DNA from: an uncultured Planctomycetota bacterium
GTDB taxonomy: Bacteria > Planctomycetota > JAJSAM01 > JAKLKS01
Assembly (NCBI GenBank): GCA_964370855.1
Contig: CAYJMF010000001.1
Location: 133,167 to 197,166, forward strand
DNA length: 64,000 nucleotides
Direction of reading: 5' to 3'
This document shows, piece after piece, positions 54,680 through 62,521 of the stretch. How positions within the stretch are numbered: the first letter of the stretch is position 1; the number at the start of each line of letters is the position of its first letter. Both the position numbers and the translations under genes were made by a program. The notes beneath the pieces are model-generated. The model made no database searches and was not told where the DNA came from. It saw only the letters and a program-made list of their open reading frames with translations.

Positions 54680-55651
54680 CTACAGGAGATGAGCCGAGGA
54701 CGCGACCGTCGAGCGGCAGTCCTCCAGGGTCGGAACGCTCCCGACGATCAGCCGGCGCATGCTCTCGAGACCTCTGCGGAGTACCTCCTGGGAAGGGTGG
54801 CGGCCGTCGAACGCCGGGCTGGCGGCGTACCCTCCCGCCGGCCTCGGCGTGGTCGGCCACCCCCACTCGAGACTGATGCGCTCCGTGTCGGCCGCCGTCT
54901 CCACGGCCACGCTGCACGAACCGCCGAGGGCTCCCCGGACCTCGACATCCCCCAGGAGCTGGTGGATGTCATAGAGGTGGCGGGCCGCCCTTGCCAGTTC
55001 CGCTTCGGAGCCCGGGAGGCTGCTTGCCAGATGGTGGATCACCGCCAGCTTCTCGAACAGGGTGCGATGCGGGCGTAGTACCCAGATCGAGACGGGAGCG
55101 AACTCGTCGAAGGCATCATCGGGCTCCCCCAGCGATTGAACGGCGTGCATGCCCAGGAGGGACCGGATCTCGCGCGTCTCCCGGGGATCCGGGGCACCCC
55201 GGATGCCGAGCTCCAGGAGCACGCCGGGCTTGACCGCCGAGGCGTCGTACTTCGCCGGGTACCGGTAGCGCACGTTCCGGTGGATTCCCCTCGAGGCCCC
55301 CTCCAGCACGACATCTCCCTCAGCGAGACCGAGGTCCTCCCCGGCGCGGGTACACAGGGCCTTGAGGAGGTTGTCCACGCTTCCCCTGCCGAACGAGGCG
55401 TCCTTCCGTCGCGTGATGACGAGCAGGATGTCCACGTCCTCGGAGAAGCGTTGGATCAGGCCGTATCCCTTCGAAAGGCTGGTGCCGCCCTTGAAGACGA
55501 CATGGGCGTCGCCGATCCCGGCAGCAACGCTTCGAAGGAGCTCGGTGATCCAGTAGTCCTTCTCCACGAACTCCGCCGGAAGCCCGAGTGCGTCGGCGGC
55601 GGCTCCCACGAGCGCGAAGTGGTCGTCCGGGCGGTCGCGGAGTTTCGCCAC
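54680..55651 (-). CDS. abiEii: AbiEii/AbiGii-family nucleotidyltransferase toxin (DUF1814)
   Basis: 'FVEKDYWITELLR', 'VFKGGTSLSKGYGLIQRFSEDVDILL' (NTase G-S..D-x-D core) and the ~320-aa length. It starts 4 nt after the abiEi stop. Confidence 0.85.
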   Translation of the reverse strand: MAKLRDRPDDHFALVGAAADALGLPAEFVEKDYWITELLRSVAAGIGDAHVVFKGGTSLSKGYGLIQRFSEDVDILLVITRRKDASFGRGSVDNLLKALCTRAGEDLGLAEGDVVLEGASRGIHRNVRYRYPAKYDASAVKPGVLLELGIRGAPDPRETREIRSLLGMHAVQSLGEPDDAFDEFAPVSIWVLRPHRTLFEKLAVIHHLASSLPGSEAELARAARHLYDIHQLLGDVEVRGALGGSCSVAVETAADTERISLEWGWPTTPRPAGGYAASPAFDGRHPSQEVLRRGLESMRRLIVGSVPTLEDCRSTVASSAHLL

Positions 55652-55654
55652 GGG

Positions 55655-56287
55655 TCACGATCCTCCGGCAGCCGGTTCCGAATGGAAACCGGCCAGGCCC
55701 TCGACGAGCCTCGCGAACCGCTCCCGGAGTGCGGGCTTGCCCTCCCCCTCGACCGCCTTCCGCATGCGCACGGGACGGAGGAGCCCCGTGGCCCGGAGCC
55801 TCGCGACCCTGGCCACCAGGGTGGGCCAGTCGGCTTCCACGGTGCCGGGCCATTCGCGGAGCACCTCGAGGAGGGCGATCTCCTCGTACCGGAGTCCGAG
55901 ACGGCGGAAGTTGTTGCGGGAGTGGAATTCCGCTCCCGGAATCCCGGCGGGAGCCGGGCCGACGATGGCGTAGACGGCCGTCGCGGGCACCTGGGTCGAG
56001 AGACCGAGCGCATGGCTCGCCGACCAGCCCGCCGGACCGACACCGCGGTCCCCTGCGACGACCCGCACGATGTCGTCCACCCTCGGTCGACCCGGGCCGA
56101 AGCGGGAGGGCACTCCCTTCCAGTAGAGCCCCCTCCGGACCCTCAGCAGGGTCCTGTCCTGGCCGGTGAGGCGGGACAGGTGGGACTCGACCGCGGCCCG
56201 GGAGCCTGCGAACTCCGTTGTCCGGAAGAAGGCTCCCCGGGGGGCCTTCCCGACCTTCTCGCGGATGGTGGCGGCGATGGTCTTCAT
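55655..56287 (-). CDS. abiEi: AbiEi-family antitoxin/transcriptional regulator
   Basis: The N-terminal winged-helix-like region is followed by '..LLRVRRGLYWKG' (the RGlY motif typical of AbiEi_4-type proteins). It lies immediately upstream of abiEii on the same strand. Confidence 0.8.
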   Translation of the reverse strand: MKTIAATIREKVGKAPRGAFFRTTEFAGSRAAVESHLSRLTGQDRTLLRVRRGLYWKGVPSRFGPGRPRVDDIVRVVAGDRGVGPAGWSASHALGLSTQVPATAVYAIVGPAPAGIPGAEFHSRNNFRRLGLRYEEIALLEVLREWPGTVEADWPTLVARVARLRATGLLRPVRMRKAVEGEGKPALRERFARLVEGLAGFHSEPAAGGS

Positions 56288-56325
56288 TGCAAGGAAAGTA
56301 TATCAAATAACTTGCACATGGTCAA
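56288..56325 (-). promoter_or_regulatory. abiE promoter with inverted-repeat operator; near-leaderless
   Basis: On the minus strand: TTGACC (56325-56320) - 17 nt - TATACT (56302-56297), only about 10 nt upstream of ATG 56287. Inverted repeat tgcaag (56288-93) / cttgca (56311-16) brackets the -10. The sequence is locally AT-rich. Confidence 0.45.
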
Positions 56326-56450
56326 GGCGCGAACATGACGGGAACCTCACCTGGATGCCCGACGTGCATCGAGGGCTCCCGGGCTCGCCGTGGACGGGAC
56401 ATCGCTCCCCCAAGGAGCGCGAGAGCGAAGGGACGCGGTACCCTGACCCC

Positions 56451-57131
56451 ATGCCCCCTTCCGACCCCGCCTCCCCCCGCTGGTCCGACCCCTCCACGGT
56501 CCGGGGCTTCCGGACGGGCGCCCCGAACCCCGTCCTCCTCGAGTTCGCCCGCTCCCTCCTCCGCCCCGGCGCGCGGCCGCGGGCGCTGGACATCGGCTGC
56601 GGCGCGGCGCGGAACGCGCTCCCCCTCGCGCTCCTCGGCTTCGAGGTGACGGGCATCGACCTCGCGTTCCCGATGCTCGCGGCGGCGCGGGAGAGGGTCG
56701 GGACGGCGGGCCCCCCGGTCCGCCTCGTCCACGGGCCCATGGCGCCGCTGCCCTTCGCCGACGCCGCCTTCGACCTCGTGGTCGCCCACGGCATCTGGAA
56801 CCTCGCCCGATCCGGCGCGGCCTTCCGCGCCGCCGTGGCCGAGGGGGCGCGCGTCGCGAGGCCCGGCGCCGGCCTCTTCCTCTTCACCTTCTCCCGCTCG
56901 ACCTTCCCGCCCGACGAGGAGCCGGTGGAGGGGGAGACCTTCGTCTACACGCGCTTCAGCGGGGAGCCGAACTGCTTCCTCACGGAGCCGGAGATCCGCG
57001 TCGAGCTCGGCCGCGCCGGCTTCCGCCGGGATCCTGCGGCGCCGCTCACGGAGCACAACCTCCCGCCGGGAGGGCTTCTCCGGGGAAGCGGACCGCCGGT
57101 GATCTTCGAGGGGACCTTCTTCCGGGAGTGA
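56451..57131 (+). CDS. Class I SAM-dependent methyltransferase
   Basis: ATG 56451 is in frame in ORF 56166..57131 (alternative 56355). Motif I 'ALDIGCGAARNALPLA', 'VTGIDLAFPML', motif 'FDLVVAHGIWNL'. Confidence 0.8.
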   Translation: MPPSDPASPRWSDPSTVRGFRTGAPNPVLLEFARSLLRPGARPRALDIGCGAARNALPLALLGFEVTGIDLAFPMLAAARERVGTAGPPVRLVHGPMAPLPFADAAFDLVVAHGIWNLARSGAAFRAAVAEGARVARPGAGLFLFTFSRSTFPPDEEPVEGETFVYTRFSGEPNCFLTEPEIRVELGRAGFRRDPAAPLTEHNLPPGGLLRGSGPPVIFEGTFFRE

Positions 57132-57146
57132 GGCCGCGCCCTCCCC

Positions 57147-57935
57147 CTACCCGGGCACTTCGATGAACCCCTTGAGGTAGGGCTCCACCCGCCCGGCCAT
57201 GGAGACGCGCTCCCCGCGCAGTTCGCAGGCGAGCGCCCCGCCCCGCGCCGAGACCTGGCGGGCCCGGAGCACGTTCTTCCCCAGGCGCGCCGCCCAGAAG
57301 GGGACGAGGACGCAGTGGGTCGAGCCCGTCACCGGGTCCTCGGGGATGCCGGACCCGGGCACGAAGTAGCGGGAGACGAAGTCGCAGGTGCGGCCGGGGG
57401 CCGTCGCGACGAGGCCGTGGAAGGGGAGGGCCCGCACCCGCTCCATGTCGGGGCGCAGCGCGAGCACCGCCTCCTCGTCCCCGAGGAGGGCCACGACCTG
57501 GGAGGCGGCGTGCACCTCGAGGGGGACGGCGCCGAGGGCCGCGGCGAGGCCCGGCGGCGCCGGGATCGGGCGCGGGGGCTGGGCGGGGAAGTCGAGGGCG
57601 TAGAGGTCGCCCCGGCGCTCCACGCCGAGATCCCCCGCCATCCGGGTGCGGAACCGGACCGCGGTCCGCCCCGGCTCGAGGTCGTTCATCACGACGGCGC
57701 CCGAGGCGAGGGTCGCGTGGCCGCAGAGATCCACCTCCACCGCCGGGGTGAACCAGCGGAGGTCGTAGACGCCGTCGCCGCCGACGAGGAACGCGGTTTC
57801 GGAGAGGTTGTTCTCCGCGGCGATGGACTGGAGGAAGGCGTCGGGGAGCCACTCCCCGAGGGGGCAGACGGCGGCCGGGTTCCCCGTGAAGGGGCCCTCG
57901 GCGAAGGCGTCGAGCTGGTGGATGGGAATCCGCAC
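57147..57935 (-). CDS. PhzF-family isomerase-like protein
   Basis: 'IHQLDAFAEGPFTGNPAAVC', 'NLSETAFL', 'LRWFTPAVEVDLCGHATLA' and 'GIPEDPVTGSTHC' are canonical PhzF-family motifs. 262 aa. Confidence 0.85.
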   Translation of the reverse strand: MRIPIHQLDAFAEGPFTGNPAAVCPLGEWLPDAFLQSIAAENNLSETAFLVGGDGVYDLRWFTPAVEVDLCGHATLASGAVVMNDLEPGRTAVRFRTRMAGDLGVERRGDLYALDFPAQPPRPIPAPPGLAAALGAVPLEVHAASQVVALLGDEEAVLALRPDMERVRALPFHGLVATAPGRTCDFVSRYFVPGSGIPEDPVTGSTHCVLVPFWAARLGKNVLRARQVSARGGALACELRGERVSMAGRVEPYLKGFIEVPG

Positions 57936-58040
57936 GCTGGTGCCCTCCGCGGGACGGAGCGCATCCTACCCGGCCCCGGCCTCCCCGTGCCCCGGGGGAG
58001 CGCCGCGGGGTTACCATCCATCCATTCCCCCGGGGGCGCC

Positions 58041-60425
58041 ATGCGCAGGAACACCTTCCTCTTCGGACTGGCGATGCTCGGCGTCGGCGTGGCCGTGGGG
58101 GGGGTCTTCGCCTCCCTCCTCGGGGGGAGGGATCCGGCCTCCACCTCCGGGACCTCCGCCCCGGCGCCCGCCGCGGGGGCCGCCGCGGGGGCCGGCGGCG
58201 AAGGCGTCGCTCCCCTCCCCGCTCCGTCGCCGGGCGCCGCCCCGGCCCGCCCCGCCGCGGGCGCCCCCGGCCCCCGATCCCCCGTCGCGCCCGCAGGCGA
58301 GGGGAACGGCACCCTTTCCGGCGCCGTCCTCGGGCCCGGAGGGGCGCCCCTCTCCGGGGTCCTCGTCCGCGCGACGCCCATGGAATTCGGAGGTGAGGAG
58401 GAATCGGAGGAGGACGCGGCCCCCCTCCCGCCGCCGGGGAGCCCCCCGCCGCCCCGCGACGTGGACGCGGTGGTGCGCGCCTTCGCGCGGGGCCTGGAGC
58501 GGGAGCTGGCCGGGTTGCGCGAGACCGTGACCGACGCGGGCGGCGCCTACCTCCTCTCCGGGCTCCCCGCGAAGACCTACCAGCTCGAGGCCTGGCTCAC
58601 GGGGTACGAGATCGCGCGCACGGGGGGGGACCCGTGGGAGCCCGTCCCCGTCGGGACCACCTGCGATTTCCTCGGGGTCCCCCTCTTCCGGATCACGGCC
58701 GCCGTGACGCTCCCCGACGGGACCGCCCCGGCCCACGCGCGGATCTCCTGGACTCCCGAGGGGGACGGCGAGGAGGGCAGCGCCGAGTGGCGGCCGTCGG
58801 CCCCGACCCTCGACGTGAAGCCCGGGACCTACGAGTTCACCGCCTCCGCCGCCGGCCCCGGGGAGCGGCTCCCGTTCACGGGCGGCTGGATCCGATCGGG
58901 CCGCCGCTTCGTTCCCGCCGAAGACGACGCCCTCTACCGGAGCCCGCCGCAGACCGCCTCCGTCGGAGCCGAGGGCTCCCCTCCCCTCTCCTTCCGCCTC
59001 GAGGGCCAGCCCGGGATCCTCGTGAAGGTGGTCTTCGCCGGCGCCGAGCGCCCCCGCTCGCTCCGCATCGCCGCGCTCCGCCTCGAGGGGGCCGCCAGCG
59101 GCGACCCCTCCCAGCTCCTCGACGACGCCGCCGTGAAGGCGGTGTGGATCGACGACGCCTCCGAGGGCTCCCTCGTGGGCCTCGACCCGGGGACCTGGCT
59201 CGTGGGCGTGACCTTCCGCGGGGGCCGCGTCGGCCCCACGGCCACGGTCGTGGTCGGGAGCGGCCTCGTGACGAAGGAGCTCCTGGTCCCCGACGGCGAC
59301 CTCAGGGACTGGATCCGGGTCTGGGTCCGCGGCCCCGACGGGAGCCCGGTGCGCGACGTCTCCCTCGAGTGCGGCTGCCGCAGCGGCGAGGGGAACGGCA
59401 GCGCCGACCTGAACACCGTTCCCGAGGCCGACGGCTCCTTCCGGGTCGAGCATTTCGAGCAGGACTCCCCGAGCCGCGGCAACGGCTGGAGCTTCGGGGG
59501 GAACTCCCTCGGCGCCGAGGGGCGCACCTATTTCGTCAAGGCCACGAGCGCGAAATACGGGAGCGCGGAGGCGACCTACGACCCGGCGACGGACCGGGAG
59601 ACGACGATCCAGTTCGTCGCGCCGGCCCTCCTCCGCGTGACGGTGCCGGGACTCGGCGCGGGCGCCGACCGGAGCCGCGCCTCCCTCTCCCTGGAGGCGG
59701 TCGGGGAGGAGGGCGGGGGCCGCGGCAGGAACCGCGGCGGGAACCTCGACGGGGAGATCGACGCCTCGGGCGTGGCGACCTTCCCCCCGGCGACCCCGGG
59801 GGCCTACGAGGTGGTCCTGCGCCTGGCGCCGACGGGCGGCCGGGAGGCCATGAGGTTCGGGCGCTGGAACTCCACGGAGGTGGCCCGGGTCCCCGTGACC
59901 CTCGGCGCCGGGGAGACGACGATCTCCGTCCCCCTGCCCTCCCTCTCCAATCTCACCGTGACCTTCGAGGGGGAGGCGCCGGAACTCCAGCGGGTCTCCG
60001 CCGACGGGGCGGGCCGCTCCGGCAGGGCGGTCCGCGGGGCGGAGAAGGAGGGGGAGATCACCTTCCACGACATCGCGGCGGGACGCTACCGGCTGGTGGA
60101 CGACCGGCGCGGAGAGATGCTCGTGGACGTGCCGACGGCCGGCACCGTCGCCTTCCGCCCCCGGCCCTACGACGCCTTCCACATCGAGATCATCGGCAAG
60201 GGGTACCTCGCCGAGCTCGGGCTCCGGACCGGGGACCTCGTGATCTCCATCGACGGGGCGGAGTTCAGGGACCGCGCCACCCTGGACGCGGCGATGGCGG
60301 TGTCGAAGACCCGCGAGACCTCGAAGTTCACCATCCTGCGGGACGGCGCCACCTTCGACGTCACCGCCGACGGCAAGCGGTTCGAGGAGGACAAGGGCAG
60401 CTACTACAGGCCCTGGACGAGGTAG
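58041..60425 (+). CDS. Membrane-anchored beta-sandwich-repeat protein with C-terminal PDZ domain (divergent paralog)
   Basis: ATG 58041 is in frame in ORF 57315..60425. TM 'FLFGLAMLGVGVAVGGVFASLL', Pro/Ala linker, 'GAVLGPGGAPLSGVLVRA' module and further beta-rich region. The C-terminus 'IIGKGYLAELGLRTGDLVISIDGAEFRDRATLDAAMAV..FTILRDG' is PDZ-like. Confidence 0.8.
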   Translation: MRRNTFLFGLAMLGVGVAVGGVFASLLGGRDPASTSGTSAPAPAAGAAAGAGGEGVAPLPAPSPGAAPARPAAGAPGPRSPVAPAGEGNGTLSGAVLGPGGAPLSGVLVRATPMEFGGEEESEEDAAPLPPPGSPPPPRDVDAVVRAFARGLERELAGLRETVTDAGGAYLLSGLPAKTYQLEAWLTGYEIARTGGDPWEPVPVGTTCDFLGVPLFRITAAVTLPDGTAPAHARISWTPEGDGEEGSAEWRPSAPTLDVKPGTYEFTASAAGPGERLPFTGGWIRSGRRFVPAEDDALYRSPPQTASVGAEGSPPLSFRLEGQPGILVKVVFAGAERPRSLRIAALRLEGAASGDPSQLLDDAAVKAVWIDDASEGSLVGLDPGTWLVGVTFRGGRVGPTATVVVGSGLVTKELLVPDGDLRDWIRVWVRGPDGSPVRDVSLECGCRSGEGNGSADLNTVPEADGSFRVEHFEQDSPSRGNGWSFGGNSLGAEGRTYFVKATSAKYGSAEATYDPATDRETTIQFVAPALLRVTVPGLGAGADRSRASLSLEAVGEEGGGRGRNRGGNLDGEIDASGVATFPPATPGAYEVVLRLAPTGGREAMRFGRWNSTEVARVPVTLGAGETTISVPLPSLSNLTVTFEGEAPELQRVSADGAGRSGRAVRGAEKEGEITFHDIAAGRYRLVDDRRGEMLVDVPTAGTVAFRPRPYDAFHIEIIGKGYLAELGLRTGDLVISIDGAEFRDRATLDAAMAVSKTRETSKFTILRDGATFDVTADGKRFEEDKGSYYRPWTR

Positions 60426-60461
60426 GGAGGGGCCGCGGTCGCCGAAAAGCGTCTGACACCG

Positions 60462-62407
60462 ATGGGGTGCGGACGGGCAAGATGTCCTGCCGTGGACCGC
60501 CCCGACCCCCGACCGATCTACGAGGAGCGCCTCGGCGCGCTGCGGGCGCTGCGGGCGGATCTCGATCGCCTCGACGACCGGTTCGCGCAGTCCCGGCTCG
60601 CGGTCTTCGTCGCCCTCCTCGCCGCCGCCTGGTGGGCCTTCGTCCGCGAGGGCCCCGCCGTCCTCGCGGGCGCGGCGCTCCTCGGGTTCGTGTCCCTCAT
60701 CGTCCTGCACGCCCGGGCCATCGCCCGCCGCGACCGCGCCGACCTCGCCATCGCCCACTTCGAGCGGGGGCTCCGCCGCCTCGACGACGCGTGGACCGGC
60801 GAGGGCTGCGTCCGCGCGGATCTCTTCCCTCCGGACCACCCCTTCGCCGCGGACCTCGACCTCGCCGGGAGGGGATCCCTCATGGACCTCCTCGGCACCG
60901 CGCGCACCCGCGCCGGGGAGGAGACCCTCGCCCGCTGGCTCGCGGAGCCGGCGGACCGCGCGACGGTGCTCCCCCGGCAGGGGGCCGTGGAGGAGCTGCG
61001 CGGGCGCGTGGACCTCCGCGAGGATCTCGCCGTCCTCGGGGGGAGGATGCGCGCCGCCGTGGACCCCGCGTCGCTCCTCGCGTGGGCCGGGCGGCCGGCC
61101 CCCCTCGCCGCGGCCGCGGGGAGGGTCCGCTTCGCCGCCTTCACCGGGTCCGCCGCCGTCGCCGCCGCGGGGATCGGCGCAGGGGTGGATCTCTGGAGCG
61201 GCTGGTGGTTCATCGGGGCCCTGGGTTTCTCCTGGGCCCTCTCCTCCGTCTTCGCGAAGCGCATCGGGCCCCTCATGGAGGAGGTCTCCCGTCCCGCCGA
61301 GGAGTTCCTCGTGCTCAGGGACACGCTGCGGCGACTCGAGGCGGAGCGGTTCGCCGCGCCGGCCCTCGTCGATCTCCGCGAGCGCCTCCTCGAGGACGAC
61401 CTCCCCGCCTCGGCCCAGGTGGACGCCCTCCTCCGCCGCGTCGGCTGGCTCGAGGCCCTGAGGAACCAGTTCGCCGCCCCCCTCGTGGTGCCCCTGCTCC
61501 TCCACCTCCACGCCGCCCTCGCCGTGGATCTCTGGCGCGCCCGCCACGGGGCGGCCGTGGCGCGCTGGCTCGCGGCGCTGGGCGAGATGGAGGCCCTCGT
61601 CGCGGTCTCCGGCTACGCCTTCGAGCACCCCCGCGATCCCTTCCCGGAGATCGTCGATGGGGAGGCCCTCTTCGAGGGGCGCGGGCTCGGGCACCCGCTG
61701 GTGCCGGAGCGCGGGTTCGTGCGGAACGACGTCTCTCTCCGCGCCGGGCCCCCGGGGGCGGCGCGCCTGCGCGTGAGCGGGGGCCACAAGTGGGGGGTGA
61801 GGCCGCGGGGGCGGGCCGGGGGGGGGGGGGGGCGCCCCCCCCCGCCCCCCCCCCCGCCCCCCCCGGGGCCCCCCCGCTCCTCCTCGTCAGCGGCTCCAAC
61901 ATGTCGGGGAAGAGCACGCTGCTCCGGACCGTCGGCATCAACGCGGTGCTCGCCCGGTGCGGCGCCCCGGTGCGCGCGGCGTCGCTGCGCATGGGCCCGC
62001 TCCGGCCCGGCGCGACGCTGCGGATCCACGACTCCCTCCACGACGGGCGCTCCCGGTTCATGGCGGAGCTGGAGCGGCTGCGCGTGCTGGTGGACCTCGC
62101 CGCGGGGCCGGCGCCGCTGCTGTTCCTCCTCGACGAGGTCTTCGCGGGGACCAACTCCCACGACCGCCGCATCGGCGCCGCCGCCCTCCTCGCGGCGCTG
62201 GTGGAGCGGGGGGCCGTGGGCCTCGTCTCCACCCACGACCTCGCCCTCAGCGAGGCCGTCGCCCCCCTCGGCGCGCGCGCCGCGGAGGTCCACTTCGAGG
62301 ACCGGCTCGAGGGGGGACGCCTCGTCTTCGACTACGTCATGCGCCCCGGCGTCGTCAGGCGCAGCAACGCCGTCGACCTCATGCGCGCCGTCGGCCTGCC
62401 GGTGTAG
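60462..62407 (+). pseudogene. MutS-family (domain V ATPase) paralog, out of frame by one nucleotide within a G15 tract
   Basis: The N-terminal ~450 aa come from ORF 60462..62546 (TM helices 'LAVFVALLAAAWWAF', '..LGHPLVPERGFVRNDVSL'). The C-terminal 175 aa come from the frame of ORF 58634..62407 ('LLLVSGSNMSGKSTLLRTVG' Walker A, 'LFLLDEVFAGTNSHD' Walker B, 'VSTHDL'). The two frames meet in the G/C tract at 61818-61875. One extra G would fuse them. Confidence 0.7.
61818..61875. repeat. Homopolymer-rich tract G15-CG-C9-G-C11-G-C8-G4-C7
   Basis: Run lengths and coordinates were derived from the two supplied translations (..RAGGGGGRPPPPPPPPPPGPPR.. and ..GRGGGGAPPPAPPPAPPGAPPLLL..), anchored on ORF coordinates. 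Confidence 0.9.
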
Positions 62408-62520
62408 GGGACGTCCTCCACTTTTCTACTTTTCTGTGGATAACTCCGGAGCGGGATTGCCGAAGGCAGTCCCGCTCCGGAGTTATCCACAGAAAAGTAG
62501 AAAAGTGGAGGACGTCCCCT
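62406..62520. repeat. 113-115 nt near-perfect palindrome (50-bp perfect arms) with two inverted consensus DnaA boxes
   Basis: Left arm 62407-62456, ggggacgtcctccacttttctacttttctgtggataactccggagcggga, is the exact reverse complement of 62470-62519. The 13-nt centre ttgccgaaggcag is itself tgcc-gaa-ggca. TGTGGATAA lies at 62435-43 and TTATCCACA at 62483-91. Each arm carries the tandem ACTTTTCT x2. The element abuts TAG 62405-07 (+ gene) and the stop at 62522-24 (- gene). Confidence 0.95.
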
Positions 62521-62521
62521 T

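Noticed and set aside
349-61787. Many very long ORFs in the track, e.g. 349..2007(+), 2662..4104(-), 7275..9776(-), 7334..9520(+), 13362..16409(-), 13469..17731(+), 22014..24992(-), 27149..30163(-), 30099..32156(-), 33870..36656(+), 37143..39662(-), 46194..49079(-), 46412..50764(+), 52818..54917(-), 58011..61787(-)
   Set aside because: Their translations are monotonous Arg/Pro/Gly/Ala (or Arg/Gly/Asp/Glu) strings with no motifs. They overlap, on the opposite strand or in another frame, genes with clear domain signatures. Long stop-free shadow frames are expected at this GC content.
61818-61875. G/C homopolymer tract, considered as a deliberate regulatory G-quadruplex/i-motif or as a programmed ribosomal frameshift site
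   Set aside because: There is no slippery heptamer or downstream stimulator typical of programmed frameshifting. A one-nucleotide homopolymer length error or slipped-strand variation explains the frame break more simply. The structure-forming potential is noted but unsupported.
62406-62520. Chromosomal replication origin (oriC), suggested by two perfect DnaA boxes
   Set aside because: There are only two boxes, and they are mirror images of one palindrome. There is no cluster of additional boxes, no AT-rich unwinding element beyond the arms, and no dnaA/dnaN/gidA-type neighbours. The gap is only ~115 nt between convergent genes. It is kept as a palindrome of unknown function.
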